From: an uncultured bacterium
GTDB lineage: Bacteria; Krumholzibacteriota; Krumholzibacteriia; LZORAL124-64-63
Assembly (NCBI GenBank): GCA_963727525.1
Contig: CAVSGO010000007.1
Coordinates: 704,001-768,000 of the forward strand
Direction: 5' to 3'
Length of the DNA stretch: 64,000 nt
Part shown: positions 28,656 to 42,221 of the stretch, in pieces
Position numbering within the stretch: position 1 is the stretch's first letter
Layout: every line of letters starts with the position of its first letter
Position numbers and translations under genes: made by a program
Notes under the pieces: model-generated
Databases searched by the model: none
What the model was told of the DNA's origin: nothing
What the model saw: the letters and a program-made list of their open reading frames with translations, nothing else

Positions 28656-28780
28656 CAGAATAGCGTGCGAAGGCCCGTGAAAATGTCCGATGACCGTCGG
28701 CAAAGGCCAGCTTCGGCTGTCTGCGTCGACGAGTCTTGCGAACAACGCAGGAGCCAAGCGCTTCTGTTGCTCATTTTTTG

Positions 28781-30345
<1,565 letters not shown>

Positions 30346-30457
30346 AGACAGGGCGATGCGGCCTAGCCGCAACGTCCATGGTAGAACGGACATTGAGCGA
30401 CCTCGCACGCTATTCTCTTGCCAAAAGGCGGACCTTTCGGTCTCGCCGACTGGTAAC

Positions 30458-30534
<77 letters not shown>

Positions 30535-30551
30535 GGTTCAGGCTCGCACTC

Positions 30552-30627
30552 GGGGATATAGCTCAGTTGGGAGAGCGCCGGCTTTGCAAGCCGGAGGTCG
30601 TCGGTTCGATCCCGACTATCTCCACCA
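30552..30627 (+). tRNA. tRNA-Ala (TGC)
   Basis: GGGGATATAGCTCAG...TTTGCAAG...GTTCGATCC...TCTCCACCA; G3:U70 identity pair. Confidence 0.97.
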
Positions 30628-30648
30628 CTGACGGGCATAGGCTTGATA

Positions 30649-30660
30649 GCTCTTTGACAA
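30649..30660 (+). promoter_or_regulatory. boxA in the 16S-23S spacer
   Basis: GCTCTTTGACAA upstream of 23S. Confidence 0.75.
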
Positions 30661-30713
30661 CCAAATATAGAGGGTAGCAAGATCGTCGAGGAGAGGAAAT
30701 TCTTCTCACCTTT

Positions 30714-33702
<2,989 letters not shown>

Positions 33703-33775
33703 ATCTCGAGGTGAGAAGTAGATCCTGTTCTCGACGAGCTGCCCTCTATATTTGGATGTCAAGAGCATCTTGACT

Positions 33776-33892
33776 TTCGGCGGTCATAGCGCGGTGGAAC
33801 CACCTGTTCCCATTCCGAACACAGTAGTGAAACGCCGTTGCGCCGATGGTACTGCAGAGTAGCCTCTGTGGGAGAGTAGGTCGCCGCCGGTC
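33776..33892 (+). rRNA. rrf: 5S rRNA
   Basis: CGGCGGTCATAGC...CCCATTCCGAACAC...GATGGTACT...GGGAGAGTAGGTCGCCGCCG. Confidence 0.97.
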
Positions 33893-33896
33893 TTCG

Positions 33897-33928
33897 AAGG
33901 GCCCCCAGCCAAGCTGGGGGCCTTTTTT
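33897..33928 (+). terminator. Rho-independent terminator of rrn operon
   Basis: GGCCCCCAGC-CAA-GCTGGGGGCC followed by TTTTTT. Confidence 0.9.
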
Positions 33929-34025
33929 GCGTTGGTCGCAGGGCCACCGGACCTTAATGGCGCTTGGTAAGGTTCTGATCGCGTCGTATCTTTGGCGGCG
34001 TTCGCGCCTGGTCACCGGAACGAGG

Positions 34026-36335
34026 ATGGTCGAGTTGGACGGAGCCGTACTGCAGAAATTGGTGTCCGAGCTAGAGACGGCCCGCGAGCGCGCGGGACGG
34101 CACGATCGCTGGCGGTTGAACGAGCCCGAGGTCTACGCCCTGCTCGATATGGTCGGACTCGCCCACGGGCCGGCGCTCTGGTTGCCGCCGAATGCGGACG
34201 CCGCGGAGTGCGCGTCTTGGGCGGAAGGCGCGGTGGCCATGGCCGGCCGTGACGGCCGCTTGCTCGTGAAGGTCGTCGGCCGTGAGATCCTGCACAAGTC
34301 GGACGCAGGTGGCGTGACGATCGTACGGCTGGCCGATGCCGCGGACCCGGCCGCTGCGGTACGCGGCGTCGCCGAGGACGTGCTGGCCGCCGTGGCGGCC
34401 GCGGGCCATGGTGCTGATTGCGAGGGGGTGCTCGCCTGTGGTTTTGTGCCGCACGGCGCCAACACCCCGGGGCAGGAGTTGCTGCTCAGCTTGCGCCAGG
34501 ATCCCGCGTTCGGGCCGGTCGTCGTTGTGGGCGTGGGTGGAACGCTCACGGAATGGTACGGACGCGGGACCGGCGGCCGTAGCACCGTGGTATTTCCCGC
34601 AAGGGCGCTCGACCGCCGCGTGGTGGCGGAGACGATCGAGGCTCATCCGCTCCTCGCGTTGGTCTGCCGGCCGTCACGTCTCTACGCCACACCGCCGGTC
34701 GCCACCGCGGACCTCGTCGCGGCCGTCGTGGCCGTGGCCGGGCTGGGCGCCGCGCTGGCGGCCGACGCGGGTGCGGACGTGACGCTCGAGGAACTCGAGA
34801 TCAACCCCCTGGTGGCGAGCGGAGGGACACTCGTGGCCCTCGACGGGGTGGGCCTGGCCGCCCGACCGCCGGTGTTGCCGGTCGCCCGGCCACTGGGCAA
34901 GATCGGCCCTCTGCTCGCGCCGCGCAGCGCGGTCGTCATGGGAGTGAGCGCACGCGGGAGCAATCCGGGGCGGATCATCCTCGACAACCTGCGCCGCAGT
35001 GCCGGTCCGGTGCGCGAGCGCCTGTGGGTGGTGCATCCCAAGGAGACGGAGATCGACGGCGTGCCCTGCGTGCCCAGCTGCGCCGCACTGCCGCAGAAGT
35101 GCGACCTCGCCGTCGTTGCGATTCCGGCCGATGGCGCGCGCGATGCGATCTCGGAACTGGTGAAGACCGATCGCGCAGAGTCCATCATTCTCATCCCCGG
35201 CGGCTTTGCCGAGGCCGGACATGCCGACCTCGCGGCGGAGATCGAGCAGGTACTCGCCGACGCGCATGCGGCGCGCGGCGGCGGGCCGGTCTTGGTCGGC
35301 GGCAACTGCCTGGGTATCGTGAGCCGCGATCAATACAACACCTTCTTCCTGCCGCTGTCCAAGCTACCGTTCCAGCCGGGGCGCGGCGAGAATCTCGCCA
35401 TAGTGAGCCAGTCGGGGGCGTACCTGGTGACGTTCGCGAGCAACTACGATGGTCTCGTGTATCCGCGCGCGAGCATCAGCTACGGCAACCAGATGGATCT
35501 CACTGTCAGCGATTTCCTGTGGCACTTCGTCGACGTGCCGGAGGTGACGGTCGTGGCGTGCTACATCGAAGGCTTCCGGCCCGGTGATGGCGCTCGTTTC
35601 CTGGCTGCGATCCGGGCGGCGCGCGCGCGCGGCAAGCAGGTCGTGGTGTTCAAGGCGGGCAAGACGGCGCTGGGGGCGAAGGCGGCGGCGAGCCACACCG
35701 CGTCGCTGGCCGGCGACTATGCCGTGGCTCGGGCCTGCCTGCACGCTGCCGGTGCAACCGTGGCCGAGTCGCTGGACGAGTTCGAGGACTTCATCAAGAT
35801 CTTCACCTTGCTGGCCGGGCGTCCCGTGCGGGGGCGGCGCGTGGGCGTGCTCAGCAACGCCGGCTTCGAGTGCTCCACCGTGACGGATGCCCTCGGCGAA
35901 CTCGAGCTGGCGACCTTCGACCCCGCCACCCGCGCGCGGCTCGACGCGTGCCTGCCGCCGTTCGCCCACCGGGACAACCCCGTGGATGCGACGCCCATGA
36001 CGGCCACGCCAGCCTACGCCGCGGCGACGGCGGCCATCCTCGACTGTCCCGATGTCGACGTGGCCATCCTGTCGGCGGTCCCCGCGACCCCGGCTCTGGA
36101 TACCCTGGCCGCCGGGCCCGGTCACGACGAGGATGTGGAGGGGGACGCTTCCCTGGCCACCGCCTGGATCCGGGCCTTCGACGCCAGCGAGAAGCCGGCG
36201 GTGTGCGTAGTCGATTCGGGGAGGATCTACGATCCCCTGTGCCGGCGGCTCGAGAGCGCAGGCGTGCCGGTGTTCCGCAAGATCGACCGCGCAGCGCGGG
36301 CCCTCGCCGCGGTGTGCGCGGCTACCGATCGTTGA
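34026..36335 (+). CDS. ADP-forming acetate/acyl-CoA ligase family protein (ATP-grasp domain N-terminal, CoA-binding domain C-terminal)
   Basis: ILHKSDAGGV, DPAFGPVVVVGVGG, LEINPL (ATP-grasp); GGFAE, GGNCLG, SQSG, ASHTASLAG, NPVD (alpha subunit). Confidence 0.88.
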   Translation: MVELDGAVLQKLVSELETARERAGRHDRWRLNEPEVYALLDMVGLAHGPALWLPPNADAAECASWAEGAVAMAGRDGRLLVKVVGREILHKSDAGGVTIVRLADAADPAAAVRGVAEDVLAAVAAAGHGADCEGVLACGFVPHGANTPGQELLLSLRQDPAFGPVVVVGVGGTLTEWYGRGTGGRSTVVFPARALDRRVVAETIEAHPLLALVCRPSRLYATPPVATADLVAAVVAVAGLGAALAADAGADVTLEELEINPLVASGGTLVALDGVGLAARPPVLPVARPLGKIGPLLAPRSAVVMGVSARGSNPGRIILDNLRRSAGPVRERLWVVHPKETEIDGVPCVPSCAALPQKCDLAVVAIPADGARDAISELVKTDRAESIILIPGGFAEAGHADLAAEIEQVLADAHAARGGGPVLVGGNCLGIVSRDQYNTFFLPLSKLPFQPGRGENLAIVSQSGAYLVTFASNYDGLVYPRASISYGNQMDLTVSDFLWHFVDVPEVTVVACYIEGFRPGDGARFLAAIRAARARGKQVVVFKAGKTALGAKAAASHTASLAGDYAVARACLHAAGATVAESLDEFEDFIKIFTLLAGRPVRGRRVGVLSNAGFECSTVTDALGELELATFDPATRARLDACLPPFAHRDNPVDATPMTATPAYAAATAAILDCPDVDVAILSAVPATPALDTLAAGPGHDEDVEGDASLATAWIRAFDASEKPAVCVVDSGRIYDPLCRRLESAGVPVFRKIDRAARALAAVCAATDR

Positions 36336-36339
36336 AGCA

Positions 36340-36368
36340 TTGGCGCGGCGTGCCGTTTGGCCTACGAT
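36340..36368 (+). promoter_or_regulatory. Possible sigma70 promoter of sppA
   Basis: TTGGCG-17bp-TACGAT. Confidence 0.35.
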
Positions 36369-36383
36369 GCCCGTGAGGTGAAC

Positions 36384-38120
36384 ATGAAGAAATTCTGGAT
36401 CGTCTTCGTCATCCTGGTCGTGGTCGTGGGCGGTGTGATGGGGTTCGTCTGGCGGGCGCTGTCCGGCCTGGAACGCCATGCCCCGGTGGCCGGGGGCGTG
36501 CTGGTGTGGCGGGCCGAGGGTGAACTGGCCGAGGAACCGCCAGCCACGCTGCTGGGCCGGTTGCGCGGCGGAAGTCGCCCCACGCTCGCGAACACAGTAC
36601 TCGCGCTGCGCCGGGCCGCCCGGGACGCGCGCATCGAGGCTCTCGTCATCGACCTGCGCGGCCTCGATGCCGGCTGGGCTCAGCTCGCCGATCTGCGCAG
36701 CGCAGTGGGCGAGTTCCGGCGGGCGGGGAAGCCTGTGTGGGCGTGCATCGAGGCTGCCGATAGTGGCGACTATGCCCTGGCGACGGCTGCCGACCGGGTG
36801 GCCCTGGCGCCAGAAGGGAGCCTCGCGGTCCTGGGGGTCGCCGCCGAGCTGGTGTTCATGAAGGATACGCTGGCCAAGGTGGGGATCGCGGCCGACTTCG
36901 TGCACGTGGGCAAGTACAAGAGCGCTCCCGAGCAGTACACACGCACCGATGCGTCGCCGGCGAACCGAGAGATGATCACGTCGATCGTGGACGATCGATA
37001 CGAGGGACTCGTGGCCATGGTCGCGGCCGGGCGCGATGCTGACCCGCAGACCGTGCGCGGCTGGATCGACCAGGGCCTCTTCGACGGCCCCACGGCACTG
37101 GCGGACGGCCTCGTGGACACCCTGGCGACCGTGGATGACATCGTCGACGGCGTCTTCGCCGACACCGACGTCACCGAGTTCGACGATTACGTCGAGTCGG
37201 GTCCGCGCGGCGACCGCAAGGGACCCGAGGTGGCGCTGATCTTCGCGGCGGGCACGATCATGCCGGGCAAATCACGCGATGATTCGTGGCGGGATGCCAC
37301 GCTCGGCGCCGACACCCTCATCGACCAGCTCCGCGATGCCGACGATGACGACGGCATCGCCGCCGTCCTGCTGCGTGTCGACAGCCCCGGCGGGAGCGTA
37401 CTCGCGAGCGATCAGATCTGGCAGGAGGTCATGCGCGTCCGGGAGGACAAGCCCGTCATCGTGAGCATGGGTAACTACGCGGCGAGCGGGGGCTACTACA
37501 TCGTCTGCGGCGCCGATTCGATCTTCGCGGAGCCCGAGACGCTGACCGGGTCGATCGGCGTGTTCGCCGGCAAGCTCGACTGGTCGGGCCTCTACGAGAA
37601 GCTCGCGCTCAATCGCGAGTCGATCACCCGCGGCGAAAACGCCCTCCTCTTCAGCGACGGGACCGGATTCAGCGGGGGACAGCGGGCCCTGTTCCAGAGC
37701 CAGCTCGACCGGTTCTATGAGCGCTTTCTCGCCAAGGTGGCGGACGGACGCGGCATGAGCCGCGACGCCGTCGATGCCGTGGCTCAGGGCCGCGTCTGGA
37801 CGGGGCGGCAGGCCCTCGACAACGGGCTGGTGGACGATCTCGGGGGGCTGGCGCGGGCCTTGCAATCGGTGAAGCTCCGCCTCGGCCTTGAACCCGCGGC
37901 CCCGATCCGCGTGATCACGTACGAGAAGGAGCTGTCCTGGCTCGAGCGCTTGCTGATCGACAACTTCGACCAGGCCAGCGTGCAGGCGGCGACGACACCC
38001 TGGCCAGGGGTGCCGGAAGCGGCGGCGCGCGAGTTGCGGCGGGCCGGTTTCTTCGCCGCTCTCCCCCTTCTCGACGGTCGGGCGCTGGCCCTGATGCCTT
38101 ACCGCATCGCGTTCGACTGA
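36384..38120 (+). CDS. sppA: Signal peptide peptidase SppA (67K two-domain type)
   Basis: N-terminal TM, GKYKSAPE, RVDSPGGS, AASGGY, TGSIGV, GRVWTGRQA. Confidence 0.94.
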   Translation: MKKFWIVFVILVVVVGGVMGFVWRALSGLERHAPVAGGVLVWRAEGELAEEPPATLLGRLRGGSRPTLANTVLALRRAARDARIEALVIDLRGLDAGWAQLADLRSAVGEFRRAGKPVWACIEAADSGDYALATAADRVALAPEGSLAVLGVAAELVFMKDTLAKVGIAADFVHVGKYKSAPEQYTRTDASPANREMITSIVDDRYEGLVAMVAAGRDADPQTVRGWIDQGLFDGPTALADGLVDTLATVDDIVDGVFADTDVTEFDDYVESGPRGDRKGPEVALIFAAGTIMPGKSRDDSWRDATLGADTLIDQLRDADDDDGIAAVLLRVDSPGGSVLASDQIWQEVMRVREDKPVIVSMGNYAASGGYYIVCGADSIFAEPETLTGSIGVFAGKLDWSGLYEKLALNRESITRGENALLFSDGTGFSGGQRALFQSQLDRFYERFLAKVADGRGMSRDAVDAVAQGRVWTGRQALDNGLVDDLGGLARALQSVKLRLGLEPAAPIRVITYEKELSWLERLLIDNFDQASVQAATTPWPGVPEAAARELRRAGFFAALPLLDGRALALMPYRIAFD

Positions 38121-38186
38121 GTGGCGAGGCGCGGAAACGTGCCTAATGTGCGTGGCGGTTTGCGTTAACCAAGGATACCGAGGTCC

Positions 38187-39779
38187 ATGGATCCCTTTCT
38201 GCAAGATGACGCGCCCAGTACCGCGAAGTTCGATCCCGTGCTGCTGCTGCGGAAGTTCTGGCGGCGGCGCTGGCTATTCTTCGTGCCCTTCGTGCTGTGT
38301 CTGGCCATGGCGACCATTGCGATCAAGGTGATGACGCCTATCTACGAGGCCGCAGGCCAGGTCAGGGTGGTGCGGGAGTCGCTGAACAGCCGCCTCATCG
38401 ATGACACCACCGGCCGCTACCGGCGCGCGCGGGACATGGACGACGAGACCCTGTCGAGCATCTGGACCATCGTGACCGCGCCGAAGTTCCTCGAGATGGT
38501 GGCGCGTGATGCGGAGCTTGTCCCTTCCGCGGTGCTGACGGATTCGGCGGCCGTCGCCAGCGACGAGGCCGCGGGCCAGAACGATCCCGTGATCGCCGCG
38601 GCCAACCGCCTCAAGCGCCAGGTGCGCGTGCGGCCTGACGGTGTGCACATCTTCGAGGTCGCCGTTCGCAACGAGGATCCGCAGGAGGCGCTCGCGCTCG
38701 CCCGCATCGTCCTCGACAAGTTCCTCGAGGAGGAACGGGCCAACCGCATGGCCCCGCGGACGACCACGCGCGACTTCCTGGACCGTCAGCGCCAGGCGGC
38801 TCTGCAGGATCTCAACCAGGCCGAGGACGCGGTCAATCAGTACCAGAGCACGATCCTCAACCAGTCCCTGGCGGGCAACCCCGTCAACGCCGCCAACCTC
38901 AGCACCGCCGAGACGAATCTACGCCAGCTTCAGGAGCGCCTCGCCGGCACCGACATGCAGGAGCTGCGGGTCGAGGAGAGCCATGCGCGTACCGTGGTGT
39001 CGCCCTTGCCCGACCTGGCGTCGTTCATGTCCGACGCCGAGGTCGCGACGGTGATCGATCAGATCCGCGATCTCGTCACGAACCAGCTCCTGGGGACGAC
39101 GGGGGTGAGCGATCGAGACAACGAGATCGGCCTGGCGAAGCTGCGCCTGAACAACCTCCTTGATCAGATGATCGGCACCAAGCTGCCTCAGCTCGGCGTG
39201 ATGGACCGCAGCCGCCTCACCACCTACCTCACCCATGCGGTCTATCGCCGGGCGCAGCAGAAGGCCATCGACACCCTCTCGCGTTACGTGCGCGACTATC
39301 ACAACTTCACGACCCGGCAGCCCGGCCAGTCGGCCCGCCTGAGCGAACTGCAGGACGAGGTCCAGCGGCGCCGCGACATGCTCAGCTCGATCGAACGCGA
39401 CCTCGCGCAGCAGACGATGAATCTCGAGGCCAGCATGTCGGAGATCGGGTACCGGATCGAGGTGCGGCGGGATCCCATGCTACCCACCTACCCCGTGGAA
39501 CCGGACAAGCTGAAGCTCTACGTCATGGGCTTCGGCCTGTCGTTCGCCATCGGCATCGGACTCGTCGTGCTCTCGATCATGCTCGATCGCAGTTTCACTT
39601 CGGTGGACGATATCGAGCGGACGCTCGGCATCGAGGTCATCGGGACGCTGCCCGTGATCCAGGACGATCACTTCCAGAAGCAGCGACGGCGGCGCATCCT
39701 GCGGTGGACGATCCTGGTGGTGCTCATCCTGGCGGTGGCGTCCGTCGTGCTCTTCTATCTGTATCCACGGCTGAGCTAG
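38187..39779 (+). CDS. Polysaccharide co-polymerase / chain-length determinant (Wzc N-terminal / GumC-like)
   Basis: Two TM segments flanking a coiled-coil periplasmic region; PTYPVEP before TM2; DIERTLGIEVIGTLP; extra C-terminal TM. Confidence 0.85.
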   Translation: MDPFLQDDAPSTAKFDPVLLLRKFWRRRWLFFVPFVLCLAMATIAIKVMTPIYEAAGQVRVVRESLNSRLIDDTTGRYRRARDMDDETLSSIWTIVTAPKFLEMVARDAELVPSAVLTDSAAVASDEAAGQNDPVIAAANRLKRQVRVRPDGVHIFEVAVRNEDPQEALALARIVLDKFLEEERANRMAPRTTTRDFLDRQRQAALQDLNQAEDAVNQYQSTILNQSLAGNPVNAANLSTAETNLRQLQERLAGTDMQELRVEESHARTVVSPLPDLASFMSDAEVATVIDQIRDLVTNQLLGTTGVSDRDNEIGLAKLRLNNLLDQMIGTKLPQLGVMDRSRLTTYLTHAVYRRAQQKAIDTLSRYVRDYHNFTTRQPGQSARLSELQDEVQRRRDMLSSIERDLAQQTMNLEASMSEIGYRIEVRRDPMLPTYPVEPDKLKLYVMGFGLSFAIGIGLVVLSIMLDRSFTSVDDIERTLGIEVIGTLPVIQDDHFQKQRRRRILRWTILVVLILAVASVVLFYLYPRLS

Positions 39780-39788
39780 GGAGTTCTC

Positions 39789-40481
39789 ATGGCTGCCTCG
39801 AGCCCGTCGCGCAAGCTTTTCGACATCGAGTCGCCGATGGCCATCGAGCTGCGGCGCATCATGATCCGCCTCGGGCGTCAGCTCGACTTCGACCGCAAGC
39901 GGTCGATCATGGTCACCAGCAGTGAACGGGGGGAGGGCAAGAGCCTCTTCTCGCTGCACTTCGCGCTCGTACTGGCGTACCATCTGCAGAAGCGCATCGT
40001 GCTCGTCGATGGCGACGTACGCCGTCCGGTGCAGCACACGGTCTTCCAGGTGCCGCTGTCGCCCGGCTTCGCCGAGGTTCTGGCCGGCGACATCCCGACC
40101 GACGAGGCCCTACGCCCGACTCGCGTGGACAACCTCAGCTTCATGGCCGCCGGCCTCGGCGGCGGCAACCCGAGCCGGCTATTCAGCGGTCACCGTGTCC
40201 GTACGCTCGTCCAGGAGCTGCACAAGACATACGACATGGTGCTCATCGACTCGCCGCCCGTCGTTCCCGTGAGCGATCCGCTACACTTCCTTGAGGCCGT
40301 GGACGGCGCGCTCTATCTGGTCATGGCGGGCATGACGAGACGCGAGGTGGCCGAGCGTGGCGTCGAGGTCCTGCGCAGTGCGGGGGGCACGATCCTGGGG
40401 CTCGTGGCGAACAACCTGTCAGAGGTCCTACCCTACTACTACGATCGCAAGTACTACGGCTACGAGATGAAGCATCGCTGA
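39789..40481 (+). CDS. BY-kinase (CpsD/CapB-type tyrosine kinase)
   Basis: TSSERGEGKS (Walker A), VDGDVRRP (A'), IDSPP (B), C-terminal Tyr cluster YYYDRKYYGY. Confidence 0.9.
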   Translation: MAASSPSRKLFDIESPMAIELRRIMIRLGRQLDFDRKRSIMVTSSERGEGKSLFSLHFALVLAYHLQKRIVLVDGDVRRPVQHTVFQVPLSPGFAEVLAGDIPTDEALRPTRVDNLSFMAAGLGGGNPSRLFSGHRVRTLVQELHKTYDMVLIDSPPVVPVSDPLHFLEAVDGALYLVMAGMTRREVAERGVEVLRSAGGTILGLVANNLSEVLPYYYDRKYYGYEMKHR

Positions 40482-40503
40482 GGAGAGCGGGTGCCCGCTC
40501 TCC
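40482..40503. terminator. Hairpin between convergent BY-kinase and MFS genes
   Basis: GGAGAGCGG-GTGC-CCGCTCTCC perfect stem right after the stop codon; no U-tract. Confidence 0.5.
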
Positions 40504-40530
40504 CCGATCCGGCGATTCGAGTCGCATCGT

Positions 40531-42114
40531 CTAGTCGGCCGTCGTCTTGAAGTCGCGGCCCACCCAGCCCTTCGCCAGCAGCAGCAACACGGTCGACATC
40601 ATCGCGATGCACGCGAAGATGAGCCACATGTGCTCGGGATGGCGGATGCCCTCGGCCGGGCAATACTTCTGCAGCATCACACCGGTGAAGAGCGGCACCA
40701 CGACCTTGGTGAGGAACCACGGGAACTGTGCCACTCCCATGTACGCGCCCGTGCGACCCTCCGGCGCGATCTCGGCGGCGTACTGCAGGAACCGCGGTTG
40801 CCACATGGCCTCGCCTATCGTCATGATCAGCAGGAAGCCCAGCAGGGCCGGCAGCGACGTGGAGAAGGCGAGCAGGAAGGCGGGGGCGGCCATCACGAAG
40901 GTGCCGGCCACCATCATGTTGTAGACCTTCCGCTTCTGCGTCAACGCCGTGATGATGGGGACGGCGATGAAGATCAGGATAGGGTTGAGGTTGGAGAAGA
41001 TCTCGAACTGGGAGCTGACCACCGTGCCCTCGAAGGCGCGCTCGAGATACTGCGGCAGGATCAGCCAGTTGTAGGTGAACAGCGTCTGCACCGGGATCAA
41101 CGCGAAGATGAAGAAGAAGAACTTCGCATTGGCCAGGGGATGGTTCGCCAGCCAGATGCGCGCGGCGCGGCCCCAGGGGCGCACGGCGAGCAGCGTGCCG
41201 AGTCCCAGGACGAGCACGGCCCAGCCCACGAGTTCGGCGGTCTGCGGCAACAAGGAGATGCAGGCGGCGATGATGGCGAGCGTCACCCACATGTGGATGG
41301 GAATGCGCCGGGAGACGTCGATGCCGTCGGCACGGAGAACTTTTCCCTTCGCCTCGGTTCCCGCCGCGTCCGACAACGCGCTCGCCTTGGCCTTCTTCAT
41401 GGCCTCCCGCTCCCGCTCGCCCCGGGCGACCGCTTCTTTCTCGACGCGGGGCGTGAGAATGATGAAGGTGGCCAGCAGTGCGATTGCAGTGAGAGAGGTG
41501 TAGATCCAGTAGGCGCCCGTGATACCGATACGGTGCCGGATGGGCCCGAAGAACGACGGCAACCAGCCGCCCAGATTCATGAGGGCGTAGAGCATGGCGT
41601 ACGCCATCCCGGCCGTCTTCTCGTTCGTGAACTGCCGTACGCCGGCGTACGCCGCCGGCTGATACATGCCGTAGCCGATCACGACGACGACGATGCCGGC
41701 CATGGTCATCAGGTGCAGCGGCGATCCCAGCCCCGCCGGCGTGAAGAGCGTGGGTGCGAGAGCGATGACGAGGCGTCCAGCCAATAGGAACACGAAGGCC
41801 GTCAACAGGGTACGGCGGATCCCGCGCTTGTCCGCCACCGAACCGAGAAAGAACATCGAGATCGTGATGCCGGCGGTCAGCACCAGCACCATCCGGTGGG
41901 ACCAGATGTCGGGATTTTCGACACCCTGGAACACAAAATCGGAGAAGTAGATCGCGAGATAGCCGAGCATGCCGAAGTAGACCCAGCCCTCGAGGAAGTA
42001 GGCCAGATTGATGCCCCACAGCGCCCGCGGCGCGTGCAGGAGGTCCTTGAACGGCTGGGTGATCTCCTGCAGGGGGCTCTTCGGCTCGGCGCCGGGAGCG
42101 ACGGGTGCGGACAT
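40531..42114 (-). CDS. MFS transporter, POT/PTR (oligopeptide:H+) like
   Basis: About 14 TM segments; YFLEGWVYFG, SVADKRGIRR (MFS motif A), GYGMYQP, YALMNLG, NLNPILI, TIGEAMWQP. Confidence 0.82.
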   Translation of the reverse strand: MSAPVAPGAEPKSPLQEITQPFKDLLHAPRALWGINLAYFLEGWVYFGMLGYLAIYFSDFVFQGVENPDIWSHRMVLVLTAGITISMFFLGSVADKRGIRRTLLTAFVFLLAGRLVIALAPTLFTPAGLGSPLHLMTMAGIVVVVIGYGMYQPAAYAGVRQFTNEKTAGMAYAMLYALMNLGGWLPSFFGPIRHRIGITGAYWIYTSLTAIALLATFIILTPRVEKEAVARGEREREAMKKAKASALSDAAGTEAKGKVLRADGIDVSRRIPIHMWVTLAIIAACISLLPQTAELVGWAVLVLGLGTLLAVRPWGRAARIWLANHPLANAKFFFFIFALIPVQTLFTYNWLILPQYLERAFEGTVVSSQFEIFSNLNPILIFIAVPIITALTQKRKVYNMMVAGTFVMAAPAFLLAFSTSLPALLGFLLIMTIGEAMWQPRFLQYAAEIAPEGRTGAYMGVAQFPWFLTKVVVPLFTGVMLQKYCPAEGIRHPEHMWLIFACIAMMSTVLLLLAKGWVGRDFKTTAD

Positions 42115-42193
42115 ACGAAACCTTCCGTAGTGCTTGGCTTGAGACACGCACAAGAGCGGGAAAGTTAATACCTTGAATCCGGCGAGGTCAAGA

Positions 42194-42221
42194 TTCAGCC
42201 CGACAGGTTCAGCCCGACAGG
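42194..42221. repeat. Perfect 14-bp tandem duplication TTCAGCCCGACAGG x2 across the ftcD stop
   Basis: 42194-42207 and 42208-42221 are identical. Confidence 0.85.
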
